From Octopus vulgaris (Eukaryota), in assembly GCA_951406725.2 (NCBI GenBank), contig OX597818.1, forward strand, positions 75,516,001 to 75,580,000: a DNA stretch of 64,000 nucleotides. The letters are read 5' to 3'. The notes beneath the pieces are model-generated. The model was not told the DNA's origin. It ran no database searches and saw only the letters and a list, made by a program, of their open reading frames with translations. The position numbers and the translations under genes were made by a program. This document shows positions 28,080 through 42,322 of the stretch, piece after piece (positions within the stretch are counted from its first letter, which is position 1; every line of letters starts with the position of its first letter).

Positions 28080-28816
28080 TTTTTACTTATATATCGTTTA
28101 TTCATTTTTTGTACTTTTTGTGATCTAGTTATATGTTTTATAATATATTTTATTTTTTCTTTATGATTTGGTTTATGTCTATCATTGTTTGAATTACATA
28201 ATAGTGGTTTTTCTCTAATTTATATATATTACATATTTATATTCTTTAATTTGACTTAATACTAAATTGGACTTTTCCCCTGTAAGTCTGGAGTTATACT
28301 CCCTAATATTATTATTAATTATTATTGTTGTTGTTGTTGTTATATATATAGACAGCTGTGTGAAATGTGTTACCAAAAAGGAAAACTATAATTGCCACAA
28401 AATATGACCAGCATGTTAGAACAACTATACTGCTGGCTCTTATTTCTCGCAATGTAGGTATATACTGTATAATATATATATATATATAAGATGATAGAGT
28501 GCATGCACATACATGAGTGTACTCCGTGTGTTTGTTTACTTTTGCATTCTATGAGAGTTGTGATGTACCAGCAGTGTTCTTGTCAATTCTCCTGCCAAGT
28601 CATCTGCTGGTTTTGTACCTTTGAAAGCACATGAAGCTTTGTACCTTGAAAAGCAGGTAAGGGTTAGTAACAGAAAGGGTATCTGGGTGTAAAACAATGC
28701 CTCAATAATATAATCATCTAGCCCATGCTAGCTTTGAAAAATACGTGAAAATGAACAAATAACATATACATTTATATATCATTCATGTACATTTTTAAGT
28801 ACATGAATATGTCTAT

Positions 28817-28817
28817 G

Positions 28818-28850
<33 letters not shown>

Positions 28851-29577
28851 ATATATAATATATATATATATGTATGTGTATATATAATATATATATATAT
28901 GTATGTGTATATATAATATATATATATATGTATGTGTATATATAATATATATATATATGTATGTGTATATATAATATATATATATATGTATGTGTATATA
29001 TAATATATATATATATGTATGTGTATATATAATATATATATATGTATGTGTATATATAATATATATACACATACATATATATAATATATATATATGTGTA
29101 TATATAATATATATATGTATGTGTATATATAATATATATATATATGTGTATATATAATATATATATATATGTGTATATATAATATATATATATATGTGTA
29201 TATATAATATATATATGTGTGTATATATATATATATATATGTGTGTATATATAATATATATATGTGTGTGTATATATAATATATATATATGTATGTGTAT
29301 ATATAATATATATATATATGTATGTGTATATATAATATATATATATATGTATGTGTATATATAATATATATATATATGTATGTGTATATATAATATATAT
29401 ATATATGTATGTGTATATATAATATATATATATATGTATGTGTATATATAATATATATATATATGTATGTGTATATATAATATATATATATATGTATGTG
29501 TATATATAATATATATATATATGTATGTGTATATATAATATATATATATGTATGTGTATATATAATATATATATATG

Positions 29578-29630
<53 letters not shown>
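28817..29630. repeat. Compound minisatellite of about 28-bp units (TATATATATATGTATGTGTATATATAA-like)
   Basis: More than 25 visible tandem units built from TA/TG microsatellite motifs. Confidence 0.95.
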
Positions 29631-29632
<2 letters not shown>

Positions 29633-29897
29633 TAGCTTAAAAGCCACCTGATAGGGTGGCTTTTAAGCCAGCTCCTGTGGAGGGCTCCTCATTTGGCCTT
29701 GGACCCAACAATGACACTTCATGCATTGAAAACATATTAAATTTTATTAAACTTAACCAAACTTGAACAATTTTCATCAAAACAATGATATATTTTATCG
29801 ACTTGGAACTTATTGCAAAACTGCATGATAAACAACATTTTTGTCTTCCCATTCAGGGATCAGTACAATTTTTTTCTGTCTAACCTCTTTGTTTCTT

Positions 29898-29960
<63 letters not shown>

Positions 29961-31039
29961 ATTGTTTTCAACCATCATCATCACCAGTACCACCATCGCC
30001 ACAACTGTCATACATCCACCACTATTCAGACTCCATATATTGTAACTTTTTATATATATCGACATCAAAATTAAATCAAACCACAATCAGATGGATATTG
30101 AAGACGTGGTCCCCATACCAGTGGCATGTAAAAAGGACCCACTAAACTCTCAGAGTGGTTTGCGATAGGAAGAGCATCCAGCTGTAGAAATACTGCCAGA
30201 TCAGACTGGAGCCTGGTGCAGCCTCCTGGCTTCCCTGACCCCAGTCGAACCATCCAACCCATGCCAGCATGGAAAACAGACGTTAAATGATGACGATGAT
30301 GATGATATATATATGTTTCTACTGTAATATGCAGTGCACTCAGAGCTGAGTCCTCATGCATTACCTTATAGCTTCCTCAGAGCTTCTAAAATGAAGTGCA
30401 AGTTTATTTGGGAAAGCATTTACATATATATAGAAAAGATAACCATTGATAAACATATACATAATAAGTATAGAGTTTGAATGAAAAAAGCCGCTCACAG
30501 AAATATGTACATGTTTTTTTTTGTGTACATATATCATCATCATCATCGTTTAACGTCCGTTTTCCGCGCTAGCACGGGTTGGACAGTTCGACCGGGGTCT
30601 GGGAAGCCAGGGGCTGCTCCAGGCTCCAGTCTGATCTGGCAGAGTTTCTACAGCCCTTCCTAACGCCAACCACTCCGCGAGTGTAGTGGGTGCTTTTTAC
30701 GTGCCACCTGCACAGGTGCCAGGGGGGGGGGGTCCGGCATCATCCACGATCGGCTGGAGCTTTTAACGTGCCAGCGGCACGGAAGCCAGCCAAGTCGGCG
30801 CTGGCAACGTTCGGATGGTGCTTTTTATGTGCCACCGGCACAAGCCAGTCGAGGCGGCGCTGGCATCGGCCACGTTCGGATGGTGCTTTTACAGGTGCTT
30901 TTACATGGCACCAACACCCACAAGCTCGCAAAAATAGGAATGCTCAGCTACAGAGGGATGCAGGGGACAGCCTGTATGCAACAACAACCATGCTTTTACT
31001 TAACTTGGCAAGTTTTCTCAAGCACAGCAAACCACCAGA

Positions 31040-31500
31040 AGTCTCAAACCCCTGTCATCTCCTCTGTGAGTTCCAGTGTCTGTAAATCCTTTTTCACCAC
31101 TTCGTCCCATGTCTTCCTGAGTCTATCCCTTCTACATGTTCCCTCTACAATTAGACATTAGCACCTCTTGACGCAACTGTCTTCATTCATATGCATTACA
31201 TGACTGTTCCAGTGCAGTCTTCTCCCTTGCACATGCCTCATATACTCAGATTTTTCTCTCAAACCACTTACACTCTGTCATAAATGCACACTGACATTAC
31301 CCATCCAGTGGAGCATGCCAGCATTGTTTTTTCAAGCCTTCACATATCCTCAGTAGTCAAAGCCCATGTCTCACTGCAAAGTAGCATAGTTGTTCATACA
31401 CAGGCATCATACAATCTGCCTTTCACTCTGAGGGAGAGGCCCTTCATTACTAACAGTAGCTCTCTGAACTTCGTCCAGCCTATTCTTATTCTAGCAGCTG
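31040..31500 (-). mobile_element. RTE LINE 3' fragment
   Basis: AARIRIGWTKFRELL...KGLSLRVKGRLYDACV; homologous to 62150-62900. Confidence 0.8.
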
Positions 31501-32134
31501 TGTGTGTGTAGAGAGAGAGAGAGAGACACACACACACGCATACACACGTGTGTGTGTGATTGTTCATGTGTTTGTGTGTGTGAATATCTGCTTTTATGTT
31601 TAACATCATTTGTTGAAATGTTTTGACAAATGAAGTCTGCATCTATGTCCTGTAACTTAGCAGTGCAATAAATAGAAATTGCTAAAATAAGTTCCAGACT
31701 TAAATATAAGTCAATATGATTGACTAAAACTCTTCAAATTGGTGCTCAAGCATGGCCACAGTTTAATGACAGAATATGAATGAAAGAGAGATGTAGTTAT
31801 TTAGCCAGAAGTCAACCCTGATAGTCCGAGGCTATAGTAGAAGACACTTGCCCAAGGTGCCATGCAGTGGGACTGAACTCAAAACCATGTGGTTGAGAAG
31901 CAAGCTTCTTACCACATAGCCACATCTGCACCTATATCAATATCTTCATCATTTAAGGTCTATTTTCCATAGTAGCTTGGAATGGATAGTTTGACAGGAG
32001 CTAGAAAGCCAGAGGATGCACCAAGTTCCAATGTCAGCTGTAGAATAGTTTAAACAGCTGTATAGCCTGCATAATGCACTTTATAGTGTACAGGATACTT
32101 TTGATGTGGCACCTGCATTAGTGAGGTAACCAAC

Positions 32135-32790
32135 TATTGGGTTGATCAAGAAGTCCATTTGGTTTTTGTCAACACTAAACTTCAAGCACTCTAAATAGTA
32201 GCTAACTTCAGTCTGTCCCTTGCACATGTGCACTCATTAGATACTTGACACTTCAATGCAAACATGTGACAAGACAGGTTGTATTTTGTGTGCTTGGGAT
32301 TAGATCATCCTCGAAATAGAGAACCAAAACAAACATTATCAATACCTCATGCTTTTTCATTTTTATTTTAAAAAGGCAAGAAAGCTACAGAAATATGCAG
32401 GAGGATATATGTTGTGTACAAAGAGGTTGCTGTTACAGAGCATATATGGCAGAATTGTTTTTTTGAGATTTTGATTGGGAAATTTTCTGGTTTTGGGAAA
32501 TGCACTTCACTCTTGCCAGGCAACTGAAATTAACAGTGACAAAATGAAGAAGTTAGTTGACACCAACCCCCATTATAAGACCTGGATGATTGTAGATATT
32601 TCTGAAATATCCAAATCGAGTGTTGAAAACCAGCAGCACCAACTTGGTTATGTCAACATGCATGATGTTCAGGCTCCACATGAATTGAATGAGGCTAACC
32701 TCACCCAATGGGTTTCCATCTGCAATTCATTGCAGAAAAATGAAGACAACGTTTCTAGGTCAGCTCTGATGATCAAGAAGACATGATCGA
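32135..32790 (+). mobile_element. mariner transposon 5' fragment
   Basis: TA-ttgggttgatcaagaagtcc TIR-like start; HTH-region remnant through LGYVNMHDVQAPHELNEANL (decayed WVPHEL motif). Confidence 0.8.
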
Positions 32791-33036
32791 AGACAGTCTA
32801 ACTATGACCAACACTTTCTGAGAGAGAAGTGGGTAGTTTCTCCAATGTATTCTTTTATTTATAAGGCAGTAAGCATGTGATTGGGTATAGTTTTGGCTGC
32901 TATTTCTAACAGATCAAGTGCCTGTGTAATTTTACCCTTGTTGATTGTTACAGTCCATAGTAGTAGTTGTGATGGAGGTGGTAGTAACAGTAGCAGCAAT
33001 GATGGCAGAAGTAGTAGTGACAGCAGCAGTAGCACC

Positions 33037-33085
<49 letters not shown>

Positions 33086-33427
33086 ACATTGACATTGAAA
33101 GTAAATAAAGATGAGTTGGGAGAATGGAATGTATTTGTGATGGTGGAAGTATTAAGAGATGAAAATCAACTGCACAGTAAGGGGATTCAAAATGCTCTTC
33201 TTTTATAACCAACCCTCTCACTGACCTCATCATAGCACCTATTTACACAACGATAGCCTGACCCAGTGACTGTTAAATCCCTGTCAAAGCCTTAGTACAG
33301 CTAAACTACTGACTTTTTGAATCCTAACTTCAAGCTCTATATATTCAGGTAGAGTAATGCAAATAGATGCACATCTCCTTGCTAAGTGTATGTAAAGGTA
33401 AAGGTTTATATCATAGATGATCTAGAT

Positions 33428-35772
33428 CATGGGTCACCAAACTACAGCCCACGGGCCGGATCTGGCCCATGATGTCAATTTGTCCGGCCTGCCTTCATAT
33501 GCTGAAAAAAGTAAACATGCTTTTATACTGCTTCATACACTTCTTAGATTACATATGTTGTATGTATACTGATGCAGTCACATCACGCACTACATATTTC
33601 ATGTGCCATAATAATTACAACAGTATATCACGTGTGCTTTGGGCTAGTCTGTTATTAGTGATTACAATTAAAATGAGAATATCTGACACCGAGGCCTAAG
33701 ACTACTTTTGTTTTTTTCTTCACCCATCGTTAGGGCTACTAACAAGAGAAAGGTTGATGATGAATGTTGCATTTTCAATAAAGAATGGAGAGAAAAGTGC
33801 TTCTTTGTGGAAACAAACGACCAGATACGCCTGATATGCAACAAAAGTGTTGCTGTTATGAAAGAGTACAATATTCACCATCACTATGAAGCAAAACATC
33901 TCTCAACTCATTCTAAATATTCTGGTAAGTTGCGCCCAAGAAATTTGAATCTATGAAATGTAGTTTGGAATCTTAAAGGAATTTCTTTGCGAAAAAGTTT
34001 GTTGAAAATAAATCTATTATTCATGTAAGTTACAAAATAGCGAATAAGTTGGCAGAGTGAGGAAAACCATTTACTGACGGAAACTTTATAAAAGAGTGCA
34101 TGATGGAAGCAGCAAATGACTTGTGTCCTGAAAAAGCTAACATGTTTGGCTGTATCAGCCTTTCAGCAAGTTCAGTTGTGCAGAGAATATACATTTACAT
34201 GAGAAAGCTAAGAAATTGTTGTGATATTCTCTTGCAATGGATGAGTCTACTGATCTCTCTAGTACATCTTGTGTTCTTGTGTTCTTCTTGTGTTCATTTG
34301 TGGTGTTAATTGCAACTTTGAGATTATAGAAGAAATGGCATCTGTTTGCAGTATACATGGAACAACAACTGGAGAAGATATTTTCATATAGGTGCAGAAA
34401 ACTTTGCAAAACTATAACCTTCAATGGAATCAGCTTCAGTGTGTTACAGTCCATGGAGGAAAAAACATGGCAGGAGTGAGGGAGGGTTTGGTAGGGCAAA
34501 TCCAGACCAAGTTGGAGGAGCTTCAACTTCCAAAAGCTCTGTTTATACACTGCATTATACATCAGCAAGTACTCTATGGAAAACACTTAGATATTTCTTG
34601 CATACTAAAACCGGTTACAACTGTGGTGAACTTTTTTCGGAATCATGGGCTTAATCACCGACAGTTCCAGGCTTTCCTTGAAGAAATGGATTCTAATTGC
34701 TGTGACTTGCCTTACTACACAGAAGTGACATGGCTCAGTTGTGGTAAAGTCCTGTTTCATTTTTATAAGTTCCGAAGAGAAATAGATCTTTTTCTCACCA
34801 AAAAGAATAGAGCTGATCCACAGCTGTCAGATACTTCATGATTATCAAAGTTGTCATTTTTAGTTGACGTCACTTCTCATATGAATGAATTGAATTTAAA
34901 ACTTCAAGGAAAGAATAACCTTGTCTGTGATCTCTACAGAATTATTACAGCATTTCAGAGAAAGCTGTCATTTTTTGAAGCACAATTTGAAGGAGGAAAC
35001 TTCTCTCATTTTCAGTGTTTCCAAGAGTTTTGCACAGAAAATATGGAACATGTTAGCCTCGAGTTTCAGAAAAAATCATTTGGGACTTAAATAAGCATTT
35101 TTCTCAAAGATTTTCCAATCTTGACAGAATTGAGAATGAAATTCTTTTGTTTGAGAATCCCTTTGGCTGTAATCTCGATAACTTGCCAACTGAACTACAA
35201 CTGGAGCTTATTGACTTGAAAGCTAATACCTTGTTGAAAGAGAAGCACAGAAAAGGAAAACTGATTGAATTTTATCGCTGCTTGCCAGCTGATGAGTTTT
35301 CAAAATTGAAAAAATTTGCCTCAGATATGGCATTAGTTTTTGGAACAACTTGTGAGCAAACTTTTTCAAAAATGAAGTGTGTGAAGTCAATACATCAAAC
35401 AAGGCTCACTGATGAACATTTGAAAGCAATTCTTATGGTTGACTGCAGCAATCATAAAGCAAATGTTGATGATAATTTGGAACCAAAATGCCAGTTTCAC
35501 AAATCTCATTAACTTCTGTACTGCTTACATTTTATGCAATTCAGCTATGTGCACACTTTTTCTAAAAATTCTGACTTGGTAATATTTTGGTATTGTTGAA
35601 ATATATTTATTTATTTTATGTATTGATAAATAAATAGGATGACTGTCTTTATTTTTTGTGTACATTCAGCATATTCTATAGTGTACTGAATTGAACAAAA
35701 TAATAATCTGGCCCGTGCTTGGCATTCTTTTAGCTGTATCTGGCCCACTATGAAAATGTTTGGTGACCGCTG
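33428..35772 (+). mobile_element. Full-length decayed hAT transposon (Buster/SPIN/GTF2IRD2-like) in SUOX intron 2
   Basis: TIR catgggtcaccaaac / gtttggtgaccgctg; perfect 8-bp TSD ATCTAGAT (33420-33427, 35773-35780); transposase remnants KRKVDDEC..FNKEW, KEYNIHHHYEAKH, MDEST, IHCIIHQ, HRQFQAFL, WLSCGKVL, FGTTCEQTFSKM; many stops and frameshifts. Confidence 0.95.
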
Positions 35773-36746
35773 ATCTAGATTTATGCATTATTAAATTAGG
35801 GGTGGTTTTTCAGGATGTATTAAAGCATAAGGTAGGTCTTGCAGGTATGATAAGAGCATTTGTTACTAAAATACTCTATTAGTATGAATGACGGGATCAA
35901 GAATATAAGATGTTAGCAAACTTATATGCAGAGATGTGTGGGAAAAATCAATCCACATGGTGTGTGTGTGTGGGGGTGTGCACATGCACACATGCTTGCA
36001 TCCTCTTGTCTTGACATTGCATGATAGTTGTAAATGAGTATCACTGTCATACAAGCAGTGCCGTTCATTTCCAATATTGTATGAGAACATGTCTGGTCAT
36101 GGAGAAATATTACTTTGCTTGGAAATAAGAGAGGGTTGACAACAACAAAGAAATCCAGCCATAGAAAATCTGACTCAATAAACTCCACCCACCCCATGCA
36201 AGCAAAGAAAAATGGATATTAAAACAATGATGACACTGATGTTGATGATGATGATGATGATGATTATCATCATCATCACATTGACGATGATGATGACGAC
36301 AACAATGATGATGTGCAAAAGTTCACACACAAGACTTTGATCACTCTAGGGCTACAGTAGAAGACACTTGCGTATGGTGCCACACAGTGGGACTGAACTC
36401 AAAGACACATGGTCAGGAAGTAAACTTCTTAACCACTAATCATGATTCTTGCTCGCCTCTGATACTGAAGGCATGGTAAATATATATATATATGTGCACA
36501 TATATATATGTGCATATGTTGTAAAATATTTTAAGCATAAAAAATATTTTATTCATATAAAACCAAACCATGGGCAAGATAAAACCTTACCAAGGGTTGT
36601 GTGTTTAACATCTTTGTATGAAATATTTGATCATCATCATCATCATCATTTAGCGTCCAAAGAAGGAAAGGATAAAGACAAAGAGAAAGAAATATATAGA
36701 GAGGAAGATAGCGTAAAAAGAAAAGAGAGAGTGTATATCAGCTCAC

Positions 36747-37711
36747 CTGACGGGCTCCAACAACACCAGGAATGATAACACGTAATGGATAACCATGATC
36801 AGCCGTTAACTCTTCTCCATTCATTTCATATGCAAGAATGACATCCTGTTGAATTACTTTAAACAAATCAATGGGTATTGAAGCTCCATAGGGTGCTCCC
36901 GTGGGATCTAAATCCAGCCCTTCAAACTGAATATGTTTGTATCCTGTATTAGTGAAATCAATACCAGCATGTTTAAGGACATCAATTAACCGTACACCAC
37001 TCCAAACACCATTACCAATTGCAGCGTTTCCCCAGTTTAAGCCTTTTACTGTTTTGATTTCTTTCATTTCACTCCGCCGATTACCTGCACACTGCACCAC
37101 TGATGTGACATCATGTTTTGGAAATTTCTTCAAGTCTTTCACTGACAAGCTAATAGTTCTCTTAGAATTTTCTGACGTTACATCAAGTCGATATGTTTCC
37201 ACGTTAACTTCTGGTACAGGGAGGTGATTTCTGACAAAGAAGATTTCTTTGGGTGTCAAAAATTTCTCAGTTAGAATTTCTACTGGTGGTTCAGCATTAA
37301 ATGGTTTCATAGATGATGGAATCAGTGCTGGATGTCGCTTTGGGTCATTAGCATAAGGGTCGTTAACATCCTGGGCTTTTTTGATATCCTCTTCATCAGG
37401 CTTAAAATTACCAATCCGATAGGTTTCTAAGATTGCAAAAATTTCTGAATTCTTATGGACAGCATATAGTGACCAGAATGGTTCTATAGATTTTCCCGCA
37501 GCCAGATAAATTTTCTTGCCTCCAGGATGGCTTTCAACATAGTCAGTGATGTCGTAAACCCCTTTTTTATAAGTGACCCATATTTTAGTCTCTTTCGAAC
37601 AATGCTTGGCTACTTCCTCTTTTGTATATGTTGGTAAATTGTCCAAAGGTTTTCCAGCTTCCACATAGTCTGCTGCTGATTCTGGGTTTGCCTGAATGTA
37701 AGCATATAAAC
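36747..37711 (-). CDS. SUOX: Sulfite oxidase, coding exon 2 (cytochrome b5 heme domain and Moco-binding domain)
   Basis: Acceptor ttctgcag|GT at 37712/37711; b5 motifs GVYDITDYVESHPGG and LYAVH; Moco motifs FFVRNH, VQCAGNRR (Mo-ligating Cys), LAYEMNGEEL, DHGYPLRVIIPGVVGARQ; donor CAG|GTGAG at 36747/36746 (phase 0). Confidence 0.97.
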
Positions 37712-38105
37712 CTGCAGAATGAACCAAAAAGACAAAGAAATTAAATCCAAATAATCTAGTTAGTTATTGATTAAAGTAACACTCAGTTATATCAAACACA
37801 CAAATGCAAAAGTAACCAGACAGGATTTATCTTTACTATGAATGATATCTATATATCATCATCATCTAGTCATTAATGCTCAGATCACTGAGTCATATTC
37901 ATCTTTTAATAGCTGAGTGTCTCAGCAACAAATACCATGATTACAAATGAAGGCAGAGTTTGCTAACTGAACTGACTGGTCTGGCCATTAACAGTTTGTT
38001 GACTGTTCAACAGCTCAGTAGCTAGTGATATTCTCCACCAGTGGTCCCCTTTGTTTCCAATTTACTTTCAAGTGAACTCTCATTTGATGTTTAGAAATCC
38101 TTTTA

Positions 38106-38505
38106 TATTGTTTTATTTTGGGATGGTCATGTTTTATTCTTGCCAAATAAACACATGCACTATATATTCATTCTTCACTTCAGCTTTATTATTGTTCTTA
38201 TTCTAACTTATGTCCATTGTTTGGAAATCTTTGTCACACATTTGTGACATCTTCAGCAATTCTGCCATCCCACATGTATCCTCCTGTTCCGTTTAGTCCA
38301 GACAGAGTGGACTAAACAGAACAGGAGGATATACATGGGATGGAAAAGTCACTGAAGAGGTCACAGATGTGTGACGAAAGATTTCCAGATAATGAACATA
38401 AGATAAAATAGGAACAATAATAAAGCTGAAGTAAAGAATGAATATATATAGTGCATGTGTTTATTTGGCAAGGAAAAAAAATTACCATCCCAAAATATAA
38501 CAATA
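38106..38505. repeat. Head-to-head inverted pair of an about 195-bp repeat (7-bp spacer)
   Basis: ...gtttagtcca gacagag tggactaaac...; arms are diverged; a third single copy lies at 47975-48152. Confidence 0.9.
38352..38387 (+). ncRNA. Minimal hammerhead-like motif
   Basis: CTGAAGA-g-gtcaca-gatg-tgtgac-GAAA-gatttc; homologue at 48016-48051 has a compensatory stem atcaca/tgtgat. Confidence 0.6.
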
Positions 38506-38934
38506 TCTGTTTCAACATAATTCCACATCAGTAAAACAAATTCATAAATGTAAACTCCTATTATATTTTTATAATAAAATATTAGGAATTGTATAAAGAA
38601 ATATTTTTAATATTTTGTGTATTGTAGAAGTATAACCTATTTATTGCACATCAATTTTCAACAACAAAGTCTTATAGGAGTGGCTGTGTGGTAAGTAGCT
38701 TGCTTACCAACCACATGTTCTGGGTTCAGTCCCACTGTGTGGCACCTTGGGCAAGTGTCTTCTACTATAGCCTCAGGCCAACCAAAGCCTTGCGAGTGGA
38801 TTTGGTAGACGGAAACTCAGAGTAACAGGTTTTGTTGAATTTTCTGGTGCTTTAAATAAAGCATATTACTCTACCACTGGTATTTGAGTACTCTTTTTTC
38901 CACCTTGTTTCACATTTATGTGTTTACTCCGGTA

Positions 38935-38965
<31 letters not shown>

Positions 38966-39160
38966 GTATGTATGTGCGTGTATATGTTTGTGTGTCTGTC
39001 CCCCCAACATCGCTTAACAACCGATGCTGGTGTGTTTACGTCCCTGTAACTTAGCGGTTCGGCAAAAAGAGACTAATAGAATAAGTACTAGGCTTTCAAA
39101 GAATAAGTCCCGGGGTCGATTTGCTCGACTAAAGGCGGTGCTCCAGCATGGCCACAGTCA

Positions 39161-39794
<634 letters not shown>

Positions 39795-40469
39795 AGAGTG
39801 GCTATATTTAAATTGAATTGATTTTACTGTTATCAGTTTTTAAATATAGCCACGAAACACGTGTAGTCAATTATATACTTTTTATTTATTTTATTATTAT
39901 GTACATTACTTAATCATTGGTATATGTTTTTATCATATATTTAATTTTTTTCTATATGGTATAATTTAATTATTTCATTATTGAATTGATAAAAGGTGGG
40001 TTTTTCTCTAATCTATATACATATATTATGTTTTGTGAAATTTGATTTAGTATTACTAAATCGAATTTTTCCCTGTAAGTTTGGAATAGTATTCTTTATT
40101 ATTATTATTATATTATATATATATGATGAACTCTCCTGTCATTAGATAACGTATGACAATTTCTTATTAAGCAACCACTTAGATGATTTGTCTATAGTGA
40201 TCAAATGTTTGAGTACACATAAGCTCACTCCCTCCATCAAATTGACATGACCTGTACAGGCGCAACAGGTGCCACATGTCAGATGACAAAATGATCGCAG
40301 AGCAACGCGAAATGAAGTGCTTTGTTCAAGAATACAACACAACACCCAGTATGGGAATCGAACCCACAATCCCGCAATTGTGAGTGCAACACCCTAACCA
40401 CTGTATGTCTCTGGCCAATGTCATTGGCCATATGTCTCTGGCCAATGAGTTTGATGAGTTGTCCATAGT

Positions 40470-41640
40470 GCTAAGTGCAGATTTTCAGATCAGGACAACC
40501 ACATGATTTGGATTTTCTCCATTTTGACAGGGATTTTTTTTCCATTTTTCTTTACAGTGTGGCCTTCGAAATGATGGGGGAGAAAGCTGTCTGTAAAAAA
40601 ATATTTTCGAAAATTTATGATTCTTATCTACCTTACTCAGACGGATTTTGCCCCCCCCCACTCTTTTTTTTGCGCTATGCACTTAAAAACGATGGGAGAC
40701 GCCTTTTCGGTAATAATAACAAAATTTTTAATATTTTCAGAAGAAAAGGCATGTGATTTAAGGGAGATTTAATTGTTTCTAGCATATACTACGACCACCT
40801 AGTGCCTTCCGCATTTCTTTCCACCCCAGCCCCTCCACAGCAAGCGAGTCCGCACACACTTGTGCATGCGTGTGTGTGTGACCGCATGTAAGAAAAAACA
40901 TATTTACTAACAGAAAAGTATAGACCTGCACTTTTAAAACAAAAATAAATTGAAATTTTATTTTCTTTCAATCCCCACACCAGGTCCGTTTCTCTTTATA
41001 ATTTAAAAATATTAAAGGGCATAAGAAAGTCATTGCTGGGAATTATCCACAGTGATTTAAAATAGGTATGCAAAAGATAATTTATTTCAATAGCATACTT
41101 TTCTGTTAGTACATATGTTTTTCTCACAGACTCGCTTGTTGCAGGAGAGTGGGATTTAAATTACAATTTTTCTTTTTTCTTCTTTTTTGCTTAAATTCCA
41201 CCAAATGACCACCATTTCATAAAATGCGCTTACGGGGCGAAAAATATTGAAAAATATCTATACAAGTCATAATGACAAAGAAATGAGGAAAGCCTAAGAT
41301 GTGCTAAGAACAGTTAAATCTCCCTTAAATCACACGCCTTTTCTTCTGAAAATATTTTCAAAACTTTTTTTTTTTTTACATAGGAAGATTCTCGTCGTTT
41401 TATAGTGGCAGTGCAAAAAATAAATTGGCCAAAATCGATCCCGATCAGGATGCAAAAGGGGAGAGGGTTTTTTAAAAAATTAAACTTTTATAAATTCTTT
41501 TGCATAGAAAGCTTCCCCCTCCCCCATCACCACCCTCATCTTTGCGGTCGTGATGAATACACAAATTGGAAAAATTCCTGTCAAAACGGAGAAAAACAGC
41601 CTATGTGTGCGTCCTAGTCTGAAACTCCACCGCTAAGAGC
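40470..41640. mobile_element. Foldback-type element with about 320-bp diverged inverted arms
   Basis: aatattttcagaagaaaaggcatgtgatttaagggagatttaa (about 40730) vs ttaaatctcccttaaatcacacgccttttcttctgaaaatatt (about 41315); outer ctccattttgacagg vs cctgtcaaaacggag; inner pair actaacagaaaagtat / atacttttctgttagt. Confidence 0.75.
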
Positions 41641-42132
41641 AATAATAGACGTGAAACCACTGGCCATAACCAATGACTACAAAGTAAGCACCAGCACTGC
41701 TAAAAATGAGAGTCAAAACAATTCTTAGCCACGTGAGACAGGCTCCCTCCCTGCGACAAGCGAGATGGAGTCCTTGGGAGAAAAGGCTTCCATCTCCCCA
41801 CCCACATTTTCTCCCAAATTTGTTTTTGTTTTTTTGTTTTTTGTCTTTTTTTTGCCAAAAATCCCCGTTTTCGGATACGGAGGTTCCGGAAAATTGCCAA
41901 AAATTGGCATTGTGAACTTTTTTCCTGCCAACTTCTTCAATTTTGACTTTTTTTCCCCCAACACTAACCCTATAACCCTAACCGTAACCCTAAAACCCTA
42001 ACAGGTTGTTTTTTTTTTTTGTTGGGGGACGGGCGGAAGACTTGCCTTATATATATATATATATATATATATGATCGTTTGTAGAAAATATAAATCCGGA
42101 GAAGAAACACACTCTAAGATGTAGAGCAGCAT

Positions 42133-42322
42133 ATATTTCACTGGGGAAGGCCGGTTTATGGGATTACCCGGTGTTTTACGTCCATAAAGGATTTAACTTT
42201 ATGGCGCATCGTCAGACCCCAAAACCTGTTGGCCTAAGACCTCTTCGACGATACGCCATAAAGTTAAGCCCTTATGGACGTGAAACCCAGGGTAATCTCA
42301 TAAACCTACCTACCTCAGTGAA

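Noticed and set aside
28817-29630. CRISPR-like regular array
   Set aside because: Tandem units without unique spacers, no cas genes, eukaryotic context
28772-29647. 291-aa ORF and other long YIYI/HTHT/VCVC/SLSL ORFs
   Set aside because: Translations of micro- and minisatellites that lack stop codons; no coding complexity
32859-33233. Poly-Leu/poly-Ser/poly-Val ORFs
   Set aside because: (AGT)n microsatellite
33708-35512. GTF2IRD2/EPM2AIP1-like host gene
   Set aside because: Many stops and frameshifts, bounded by TIRs and a TSD: a dead transposon
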